NCBI GenBank assembly: GCA_002269645.1
Contig: NIVC01002235.1
Location: forward strand, 126,855 to 190,854
DNA from: Macrostomum lignano
Taxonomy: Eukaryota
Length of the DNA stretch: 64,000 nucleotides
Reading direction: 5' to 3'
A model generated the notes under the pieces. That model worked only from the letters and a program-made list of their open reading frames with translations. It made no database searches and was not told where the DNA came from. Both the position numbers and the translations under genes were made by a program. Each line of letters starts with the position of its first letter. Within the stretch, counting starts at the first letter, position 1. Shown one piece after another: positions 25,886-37,630 of the stretch.

Positions 25886-27410
25886 TCACAGGTCATCATC
25901 TGACGAATCGTTACTGTCGCCGTCGACTCCGTCGCCACCGCCGCCGCTACCGCCGCCGCCGCCGCCACCGCCGCCGCTTGCAGTTGGAAGCAGTGCTGTC
26001 GACGGATCTGAGCAAGTTGGCTCGCTCGCCTTTTTTGAGCTGCGGTTCCGGCGGGTTCTGGCAGTGCGGCGGAAGACTCTGCCTAATTCGGCATCCTGTA
26101 TGACGCATCTGTCGGCCTCTTCAAGTTTGCTGACGAGGTACGCCTTTATGGCCGCCTTTTTCGAGCTGTCTGGCTCAATCCGGTTGGCAGACTTGGCAGT
26201 ATTGGTCTGACGACCAGCCCAGGATGCGGTCTTGAAGTCCGCATCGGAACAGACAGCCGATATAACGAGCCGAATGGCTCGCCTGCGACTCTTCTGATTC
26301 CTTGGTGCTTGCCTCAGTCCTTTCGTGGCAGCATCCAACTCGGGCAGGTCGGACCGGCGAACCAGTATTGTAGGAAATTCAGCCATCAGTGGTACACGAC
26401 GGTCGCTGGACGAGGCACATGCTGAGGTGATCGACGACGAAAAAGTACTAATAGCTAAGGCTATAGACTGATTGAGAAAATCACCGCCAATACGCGCCGA
26501 CCCTGAGCTGATTTGCTCACGCGCCGATCCTGAGCCGCCTGTCCGCCTCATCGCGGCGTCCAGGTCCAGGCGTCCAGGCGTCCAGACATTCGGCGTCCAG
26601 GTTTCAGCAACGCGAACGCGTCTGCAGGTAGGCGTCTGCAGGCTCCGACCCAAGTGACGCCGCCGATTTTAACAGGTTGTTGTGCGACGCTCACTAAACA
26701 GTTGGATGTACGCAGCTAAGGAGTCGTGAGTCAATGCAGAGCCCGCAAACACTGCAGCCCCATTCCTCCCTCCTGGCTGCATGGCGACCTCAGCAGCACC
26801 AGCATCATCATCAGCATCATCGTCATCACAGCCACATGGATCTAGATCTTCGGCAGACATAGGTGCACCGCCCCAATAGTCGTCATCCTGGGCAAGGTCG
26901 CCATCTGGATCAACAACAATGTGCTGTACATCTTCATCATCGGAGTAGTTCGAGCCAACAGGCTCAATTGTCTTCTGCATCGTGACACCGCCAGTCTCAC
27001 TGGGCGCTCGTGCATTGCTGCCCGTAGCTAAATTGCCACTGTCTTCGTCGGGATCAACGACAATAGGCTGCTCATCAGATCCAGCAGGCTCCACCGCCCC
27101 CGACTACATGTGGACACTGCAGGTCGTGTCGGCGGCACTGCTGCCGTTAGCCGCACTGCTACCTGACGCCAGCGGCTTGGTCGTACCAGCAGGCTCCACC
27201 GCACGCGCATAAGCTTGACGACCGTTACCAGTAGCAGCAGGTGGTAACTGAAGTGTGTTCGCCAATGATTTGCGTACTCGACTAAAGCCACGAGCGATGG
27301 ACCGTGACTTTTTGTCCAGTTCTCGGAGTTGTTCGAGCGACTTTAAATGAAAATTAGGGTTAAGAATCCGTTGGAGCATGCAATGCGTACAATACAGGTC
27401 TAAATGAAGA
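25886..27410 (-). CDS. Disrupted ORF set ending in a BEN-domain-like region; probable transposon accessory gene
   Basis: ORFs 27104-27379, 26669-27094 (acidic) and 25886-26653. AIRLVISAVCSDADFKTASWAG...PDSSKKAAIKAYL...ELGRVFRRTARTRRNR follows the BEN helix pattern. Confidence 0.45.
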
Positions 27411-27599
27411 CAGGGTTTTAGAACCTGCAGAACTATCTATAATACTGTAGAATGAACTGGACAGACAGATATACGTGGACACGCACCTCAAGATACATCC
27501 AGACAAAAGTAGACAGACGGACCGACAGAACTAGATGCACATCAAGATATAGGGAAGGATAGGTAGATAGGTGGACAGATGGATAATAGACAGATGATG

Positions 27600-28187
<588 letters not shown>

Positions 28188-29400
28188 ATTCTGATTCTGA
28201 TTGGCATAAACCAGTCACTGTTTACTTATAAAATGTAGAAAGTGGTCTGAACATGACCACTGGTGTGTGCCGCATAACATGTGCCGCTGAGAAGCACAGT
28301 ACGCTATTCTAGCAAACCTTGCTGATAGTTAAAGTTACAGACTAGGGCTGGGCCTTGTCTTGTGCAAGCAGTATCAAATAAAGTGTCATTCAGTGACGGC
28401 CTTCAATTCAGTGGGCCATGCACCAGTGGGCTGACCAGAGGGCTTCAGTTCAGTGGTCCGTCAATGGGCCACATCAGGCCACCTGTGGGCTGATCAGTGG
28501 GCCTCTGAGAGGGCCGCACTTTGGCCGCAGTGCCAGAAAATTCTTTGGCGAAATCTTTGCAATTTATTGTCTTAACACAAGTTTGGAAGAAACGAAAAAC
28601 AGATGAATAAAAATGTAGATAAATGTTTTCAAAAATTGGCAGCGTGGGAGGAATGTATAAATATATTTTTGGCTATGATTTTTAGAGAATCAAAAAGGCC
28701 ACCATAGTCGATCGCGAACACCATGCAATTTTGATAGATTAGTCATATATAATATTTTAGAACATGCAACGTGCCATTTTAATTCAGCGAGTTAATGAAA
28801 AAAAGTTGATCAAAAATTTCCGATGCTTAACGCATGAAATTTGGTATTGGAAGGATTCGAAAAAATGAAAGTAACAATGCTTTCATTAATTTGAAGAAAA
28901 GTGAAAAAAATTACTTAGATTTCAAACCTCAAGAAACGTAAAACTTGCTGAAAAAATATTGTTTGCTTTGGACGTTAGCTTTGTTTAATATGATCTGTGT
29001 AGGGCCTAGATTGATTTCATAATAAAGACACGACTCCCTATACGTCACGAATCTATATTCACCTAACTGATCACATTCATCTAACTATGAATTATATACA
29101 TCCTACATGTTCATCATTCAAACTTACTCCTAGCTACATATAACATCAAGCCAGAGGTCATCCACTGGTAGCATCTTAGAAACCACTTGGCTTAAGTAAA
29201 CTTAAAATCAGACAAATAAACTCTCTTCTTTGGGGAATAGGTCATCATGTTACTAACAGTAGCTTATTCAAAAAATTACGAGCTCGTAGTAAAGTTTGAT
29301 ACTTTCAGAAGCAATTCTTTAAAAATTTCCATCTTACCATGCTGGATATTGTACTTTAGTAAAGTTTCTGCGAGTGTACATATTTGATGCGTTCAAAAAA

Positions 29401-32400
29401 TCAAAACTTTGGAAAGAAGAGCAGCTTTCGTAGTGTAGACTTATAGCACGGTATCTGCCAGTTATCAGTCTCATTAAAAACATCTGATGTCACCTTGGGC
29501 AGTAAATGTGTGAACTCTACTGGCGAATCCGGACTGTCATCGCTGTAAGCCTCAAGAACTGAGTCTTTGAACTTTTGAATGAACACGGTACCTGTGTTGC
29601 GATTACGATCTGACATGTCACACTCAACGACGCTGTAGATATAAAGCGAGTCCTCATTCTTACAGGAATTTCCAAGACCGTGGCAAACTGGGAGTGTTAT
29701 CTCCCGTGGGACGTGACGACAGGCCTGTGTAATGAAAATCTTCGGTTTTCCTTCCAGCCATTTGTGAATTTGAATGCGCCCGAAAAGTTTGTCTAATTTG
29801 ACTTCAGCTCCGTCTGACGAGTACACGGAGCCTAGGAAACCATGCGACATGATGCACAGCAAGAACGCAGTGCAATTTTTGTACTCGTCCTCCGTGAATA
29901 ATATTCTCAGCTCTCTGACCTCATCGAAAAAGGCTCTGCCCACGTCTCGTAACAGATGATACTTAAAACCCAGCTTTTGCAGACTCAGGGGCAAGCAGTC
30001 GAGCTCATCGTCTCTCTCAGCCCCGACGCGTGTTTGAAGTCGTGCAGGATCGTTAAATATGATATTGTTGATCACAATGGCCAATCGATCATCTGAGTTG
30101 CCAACGTCGTATCGTTGCCTTTGAGTAGCTGTCGCCCCACCAGAAGATGCTGAGCCACCCGCAGTTCCCTGCGCAGATCCGCCAGCAGAACCTCCAGCTG
30201 AGGCGCCAACACCACCTGCTGAGTTGTCCGGGTCCTCTGGATTTTCATGATCCAAATAGACTTGGCCTTGATTGGTTTGATTCGTCAGTTGTCTAATGCT
30301 GAAAGTTTTTAAATCGTCGTAAATGTACATTCAAAAAAACTTTATTTTTGGCAAGTCTTATTTAAGCATCACAAAACTCACCACTCTCGAATAAAAGCTG
30401 CACACTCCCAATGCTTGCCCAGCTCCGCCCACTGCAGGCTTGTTCTCTTGTACTCTCCAACAACTTCCCAATATTGTAGGCTATCGATGCGCTCACTCAG
30501 AACCTTCAAAACCTCCTGACAGCCCTGTCGAGCGGCCCAAATAACTGGTGTATTACCAAATCGATCAGCAGGTCTGATGCTGGATCCGGAGTCAAGCAAT
30601 ATTTTCACCACTTTAGCGAAGTTATTTTTCGCTGCATGCGTCAAAGCGGTGTAGCCAAGCCGATCCTGTAAAAATTGTTGTGTCTCCAGCTTGTTTGCGT
30701 ATTTTAAGTGTGTAATTGCAATTTTCTCGTGAACTCACCTCGAGATTGAGATCTGCATCCATCTGTAGCAGCTCTGAAACTACTTCATCATGGCCAGAGT
30801 GAGCTGCGAGCATCAAAGGCGTCTGTCGCATGTTATCGGGCCTGTTCGTCTCAATCTGCAGTACGTTTTCGTCCAGAATTCGCCGAAACACTTTCACCGG
30901 TTGCAGGTGGCCGAGAAAGCTCGCCCAACTCAGGGCGGATCTGCCTGATACGTCGCAAATCGAGACGACTGCTGGGGCCTTTTCTAATAGCTTCTCGACT
31001 ATGTCGCTTCTGTTCTTCTTGGCAGCAATTACCAGCAGCGTCTCCTTAAATGGCGGCAGCTGAATACTTAAGTCCGATGAGCTGTGAACGTGACGATTAA
31101 GATCTTCATCACTCCAATCTTGTGGTCTCCTGTAAAATGAACAAATGATGCTACAGAGATAATTGTAAAATGTACCTTTGATCCGTGTTATTTTCATTGA
31201 AAAAAATACTTTAGTCACTAACCTTCTTGCAGGTTTCGTCGTGTACTCATTCAGTACAAGGTTCTTTAGCTTATTTCTCAAACGTTCAACATTATCCCAG
31301 TCTCTTGTGTCGAATGCCAGACGATTTTCGGTTAGTATAGTTTCCATTTTGGCTAGACAGAACTGTACTTGCTTCTTAGAGCTGCTGTAATGAGCGATGG
31401 TCATGTGCTCTTCAAAGTCAGGGTACTCCTGTAATTGCGAAAACCAGGCATCAATTTCGCTGTTTGTAACTCCTAACAGCTCGGCTCTCAGGCTCCACGC
31501 GAGGCAGCAGAAGTTCACGTACAGATGAGGGCTTCCCGTCCGAGATTTTCGAATAACAAGCAGGTTTCTGGTAAATTCTGGCAGGCATGAGAAATCCGCA
31601 ACTTCTGAAGGACAGGGAAGACAGAATCGCCATGCCCAATCAGTGTCCTGAAACACTTGATGCATCTTTTCAATTTGATCTGGCTTCCAGCTTCGCATCA
31701 CTGTGTGGTTGTCGAGTCCTTTCAGCACTTCTTTTGCGGCTTCTAAGTCTTCAACTTTATGTAGCAGAAGAATCTTCAAACAAGCTACTGAAGTCTTGCA
31801 CCAAGTCAGGTTCTCTAGAGGCTTTAAGAGTGCCATGGCATCATCAGCCTTGTCCGAAAACTGTTCAAAGTAGCTACGAACCACATCGTACAGCTTTCCG
31901 AATGTAGAGACGCTGATATCTGGGTTTCCTTCAGTCTGCAACGGGTTCAAGGCTTGCAGTGGAACCATTGTAAATGGATGAAAATAGAAATTTTCATTCT
32001 GCAGCGGCTTCAGCTGGTGCTGCAGCCTTTTTACGACAGCTTCAGCTACGTTAGTTGTGCAAAGTCGCATGAGCTGGTCTCGAACTCTCGATTTCGTTTG
32101 CTGAAAGTCGCCACCAACACCAGCATTGGTGAAGTACAGAGGGCTGTCCGGGAGAAAAAAACTCGGCATACATATGTCCGGATCGGGATTGGAGTCGATG
32201 AACTCGAGTAGTTTGTCGAGCGACTCGTTTAAAAGCCAAATTAAGTTGTCTGGCCTCCAAATTTGTTCATCAAAACCGTGCTTATGAAGTAAGTAAAGCA
32301 GCAATGTCTTGGCGTGGTACGTCTTGAGACCCGCTGTAGCGACTTGACCAGATACAAATATTTTGAGTACGAACTTCATGAGGATGTAAAGTTGACCTTG

Positions 32401-34888
32401 ACAATCAGTTAAACTCCTCATGATGGCTTTTTCCAGAAAGCTGAAACTAACCCGAAGTTCGTGGTCAGCAGTGGGTCTGGCTGTTCGAACCAGATGCAAA
32501 GGCGATACGTTTGCTTCAAAGCAGCCACGAATAACTGTCTGCTCAGCAATCGAGTTGGAGCAGCATGGATTGGCAAAGCAGAAGCTCTCAGCCGGCTTGG
32601 AGCCGCATTCTGCAGCAGTCATAGCTGGTTCACTTCCTGGAAGAGTTTTAAAATACGCAGCGCGTCACTACATGTAGTTAGTAAAATAAAATATAAAAAT
32701 TAATTTAAGTCAGAGTCTCTCCTTCTCTGTGGCCTTACCAATGGTAGCATCCACTTGGACATAACCTTGTTTAACTTCAAATCTGGTTTTCTTCACCGCT
32801 TTGCAGCTGCATCCATTGAGTAAATGCATTGGCTCTCGAGGCCCGACAAGACATGTCCAATTCATGTCACAATCATCCGACGCTTGGCCATTTAGCTGGG
32901 TCAGACTGGAACCCCATCCCTCAGCGAAGCTTCCTACCAAGTGAATGTATTCATTGTTCTCGTGAATTTGCCTGACGATATCCTCCATCGAGTCCGCCAT
33001 TTTTTGCTGCAGTTTAGCTCTCTGCCAAGTGAATCCAGCTTCTTTCAGCATCTTGTGAAGAGCAATGCTTTTTTAGGCGTCAGCTTCCATTCTAAAATTG
33101 AGGAATTTTTCATTCAACAAATGGACAACTATAAGGAATCTGTTAGTTACAAATAAATTAAGGGAAGCAAGCTGTGCAGTTAGGACAGATTGGGACGCAG
33201 CATTGACTTAAGTATCTATTCTGAAGCTCTGAAAATTGGAAATGCTTCTAGTAAATTTGAATAGCAGAACAGTCCTATCTAGAAAATTTTAGGATCTTAA
33301 TTTGGCCCCCATATATAAATGTTAGCTATCTAGTGTACCGATCAATTTGTGCTCGTACCTACCTATATGGCTCACTATATTAAGCCAAGCACTTACATGC
33401 ATTGTTGCAGATAATAAAAATCGACTACACCTACCCTAATAGGGCATAAATGCAGCCCAGCTCAGCCGCAGCTATTGCGCGGCGCACCTGAAGGCCGTGT
33501 ACCGCTGTTCAGTCCAAGGACTGGGGGTTGTCGCCACACACACCCTCAATTACCCCAGCTGACGCCTAGTGGTTAGAGCGACTAACTCACGACTGAAAGG
33601 TCGGAGGTTCGATTCTCAACCCATTCGGAACATTTTGTGTCCCTCAGCAAGACACTTAACTCTTGCATTTCTTCAGTCCACCCAGCTGTAAAAGATATTG
33701 AAGAACAATAAACATACTTTTACCACACTTACGGCTGCTCCAACGAGAAGTAGGATGTATGCAAGACTCTGTACTTGAAGTATTCGCTGAAATATAGCAT
33801 AGCTCACGGTTAAAACGCAAAGTTTTTGGAATTCTAAAATGTAACGATACTGGTAATTCACCAACGCAAGTCCAATGCAATTACCCGTCAAACAGTCGCA
33901 CGATTTGATAATGTCCGAGTTTCTCGGCCAACTGTATACTGGTGAGACCATCCTTGTCTTTGTGCAGTGCATTCGCACCGTGGTCAAGCAGCACTTTTGC
34001 CGCTCTAACCTGGCCTGTCATGCAAGCCCGAGTGAGAGCCGTTCTGCCATCATCATCTGTGACGCTGTCAAGGGAGACTTCTATTTCCAGTAGGTGTTGG
34101 ATTAGTCTGTGCTGACCAGCATCTGCAGCAAGCATCAGCAAGTCGCCCAGCGGTGCTCTGTCCTCATTTTCTTCTAAAACCTTTTGCAGCAGAGCTTTCG
34201 ACGTTTCTATGAGGCCGCCTGATACGCAGCGAGCCAAAATCTTCCAGGCGTCCGATGACGATTCAATAACGTCCAATTTACCTTGCAGAGTTGCTTTTAT
34301 CGCTGATTTACCGCCAATAATAAGTCTTTTCTCTCCTAGTAGCAAGTTGAGATCAATGCGGAACTTTTTAAATTTTTCGATCTCAACAGGTGCTGCTTGA
34401 AGCTTATTATCTGATGGATTGTAAAAACTGCATTTTAGCACTGGAAAATGTTTTTTTGATGCAAAACCAGACAAATTTCTCAAATCCAAATTCACATTTT
34501 TATCGCTGAAGACGTCAAATTCGGTTAGGTTTGTCATGCGACTGCTGGGAAAAAACATTTGATTCTTATCGATTATTGACTCGCCTAACCAGTCAATAAT
34601 TCTTAACTTCTCAATAAAGAGAAATTTGGCGTCAAATATATCCCGCCAAGTTCGGTAAAATACTCGTAGGAAGTCGGCAAAATTCGGTGGCAGATTCAGT
34701 AAAACGAAATCTTTTCTTTTTTTATCCTTTTGAGACTCGATGCAATACTTGTTACGTGTTTTAGTCTCATGCCGAAACACTTCTGTCTGCAAATCTTGGA
34801 ATTTCCGGCGATCGAATTCTTGATTTGAAACGTTTTCAAAGCTCATAATGTAGCTAACTGCACATATAAAAGCAAAGTATGATTTCAA
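29401..34888 (-). CDS. Ankyrin / cGAS-Mab-21-like nucleotidyltransferase / ankyrin / caspase fusion protein, 6 exons, about 1447 codons
   Basis: Exons 34888-33885, 33091-32739, 32636-31223, 31129-30739, 30665-30382, 30298-29401; all GT-AG and phase-compatible, 4344 nt. ANK motifs GRTALTRAC, GRSALSWAS, QTPLMLAA, GNTPVIWAA. NTase LVGSFAEG...DCD; Mab-21 C-lobe LRVSFSFLEK and GLKTYHAKTLLLY; caspase IMSHG and QACRH. One in-frame TAA at 33075-33073. Confidence 0.8.
33445..33692. mobile_element. SINE family A copy with inverted 5' half
   Basis: 33445-33560 is the SINE 3' half on minus; 33562-33692 is the tRNA head and CORE on plus. Confidence 0.7.
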
Positions 34889-34989
34889 CGGACGATGGAG
34901 GCAGCCGTATCTCCCTAAAAGCAGAAATAATGGGTGTCGCTTTACATCGGTTGATTTTTTGAGTCAAAATTTAATGTACGAGCAACCGT

Positions 34990-36186
34990 TTTGTGTTCCT
35001 ATTTGGTTTTCTTCATTCAAATAGCTGGAAGGCATGGCTAAAGTAAAGAATCTCGCAGAGAGGACCATACGCTAAAATTAGTCTTGGTGGACAAAGAGAG
35101 GATTAGGAAATACATATATAGATTTTCACGACATGACTAGCGAACGGTTTGAAAGTCTGACGGACGTTGAAGTAGATGCCGCCTTGATTCAAAGTACTCT
35201 TCCGCCAAACACAATAAGAAAGTGTGAGTGGATGATCGCTACATTTCGTGAATGGCATCAGTTCAAGAAGAACCAGTGGGCTACATAAGTGGACCATCTT
35301 TAATGGTATTAAAGGAGATGGAGGAATTCACGAAGAACTATTTTAACTACTTGTTGAAGATGTTTATTCTAGAGGTGAGAACGAAACGGATTGAAAGATA
35401 TTCGGCCGGCACATTAAAGGACTTTTTTTCAATGCTCCAATATCACATGCGAAACGTGGTCGGCCAACAATGGTGCTTATGGACTGATGTCGAGTTCACC
35501 GAAAGCAGGAAGGCTTTAGACTCAGCAATAAAATTCGCAGAAGGTTACGACGGAGTCAGTGGCTGAAACTAGGGTGCAGCGAGATGCGGATATTCCTACT
35601 AGAAAGAAGATGCGGATTGATGTCAACGGTGAGACCAACAGTGTAGTTATTAGTTTCGAGTAATTATCCTATAATAACATATAATATCATTCTTCAAATC
35701 AATAGTAACTTAACATTAACTTGTTATTAACAAATTCACGTAATTTTTTTGTTACTTTTCCTTGTTCAATCTGTGTAATTTGCAGTAATTTTCGATTTTG
35801 TTTATAATTAAATATAAAGTTTTATTTCCCCCCCCCCGGCGAGCGGGAAATAAACGAAATTGATATAGCAAAAAGGAAACAATGCCTGGTCGTTTTAGTT
35901 TTAGTCTATGGTGAATATGAACTCTGATGGACTCTTTCAAGCCAAAGAGTTCTATAATTAGCAACCTGGAGTGGAAACGAGTTTTTCACTTTTACCTCAT
36001 GAGGCCAGACTAGCATAGATAGAGCCAGACAGAGCCATAGACATTCAGTGCTGGCTCCTTATCTTAACAATTTGCGTGGCCTCATGAGGTAAAACTCGTT
36101 TCCACTCCACCTTGCTAATTATCCAACTCCTTGTTTCAAGCGCACCAAATTCATGGACGAAATAAAAACCAAATAGGAAGCAAAAA
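34990..36186 (+). mobile_element. Crypton-like (DUF3504-type) element remnant bounded by 15-bp inverted repeats
   Basis: Frameshifted peptides ERFESLTDVEVDAALIQSTLPPNTIRKCEWMIATFREW and NYLLKMFILEVRTKRIERYSAGTLK...EFTESRKALDSAIK. IR TTCCTATTTGGTTTT at 34996-35010 and 36165-36179. Confidence 0.6.
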
Positions 36187-37630
36187 GTAACTATCTACCT
36201 TTTCGACGATTTGACCTTTCACGATAGTTCCCCTAGCTCCTTATAAATGTAGGTAAGGCTTTGCAAAATACAAACTGATTGTACGGGGCTATTTAAAAAG
36301 AGTAGCCTTAAATACTCACAAAGTTTAGGAAAGGTTCATTTGCTTCATGACTTGCACTGTAAACAATTTTTCGTACAATTTACCCTGTGTCACTCACAGT
36401 GGCCCTTTAATATAATAATAAGTATGATGAAATTCATGATTTTTACTCACCAAAAAGTGTGGAAGATGACAAGCTCAGGTGAGTGGCTGCATACAAGAGA
36501 CTGATAATGTGCTTTTGCTTTTTCTGTTCCCTGCTTGCTTTTCCGAACTGTTTTTATGACAGAATATTTCCGGCCCTTACGCACGTACATTTATCTCGGT
36601 TTTGAAAAACTGACGAAGTGCAGTTGCGTACAGCTGTGCTACTACACTCGTATTTAAACTAGTTGCTTTACGGCTAGCAGGCATTGCAGACAATAAAAAG
36701 GGACTGTCGAAATAGCTTAGATAGACCTCGTACTCATGAAATTTTTGGTGCGCTAGAAACACAGCAAGAGAGAAAAAGAGGCAGAGAGAGTGAAAAATAC
36801 ATGTACACACAATGACAGAGAGGCAATAATGCAGCTCATTTACCGGTTTTATTCTCTGGAATGTACTGGCAAAACCCTGAGATACGAGTAAAAATAACAA
36901 TTCGTGAGAAAAATTGGACTCTTCAGTCTTGAGGCGGAAAGCCTTTGAAGTTTAATCGATGTAATGGCAGTTTTCGTGGCGTGATAAACGTCGCCAACCC
37001 CCCCCCCTGGCTTAGCGAGCCGGCTAGCTTGGCGCATACACCCATCTCAGCTAGACAGAGGTTGGGGGGTTTCCAGTGCGGCTGCACTGGTGCTTGCCAG
37101 TCGCGTACATACTGGCCGCCACAGTCTTCACTTTTAAAAAATTTATATTACAATCTAAATTTTAACTAAAAATTGACAAAATTGCGTTTCATACTACTCA
37201 AACAACGTTTCTTCAGTAGTGCTATTTAAACATTAATTAAATTGAAACATTCAAAAATGAAGTATTTTTTTCGAAGCTGATGGACCTTGAAGTTAAAAAG
37301 ATCATACACATATTTTTTTAGTTGGAGGCAGGGGGTTGTGTGCACTCTGGCGCACTTTAAGCGACATTGTCGCACAACCGGCGAGAGGCATTACTGCCTG
37401 CCAATTCCGCCGAGCAGCCACACAAGCGCGCGGATACGTACGCAGTCATACGCACAGGCACACATTGGGGTGCTTTCACAAGGTTGAAATTTCACAACGT
37501 CGAGAAGCAAATTATTGCACAAGGTCGAAATTTCACAACGTCGAAAACTCGAAAATCAGCCACTTTCATAAGGTCAAAATTTCATAACATCGAAACTCAA
37601 ATAGCTATTAAAACAAAAATATATAATAAT

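Noticed and set aside
37074-37091. Hairpin CCAGTGC-GGCT-GCACTGG as a Helitron 3' end
   Set aside because: No CTRR terminus at the expected distance and no matching 5' TC end found
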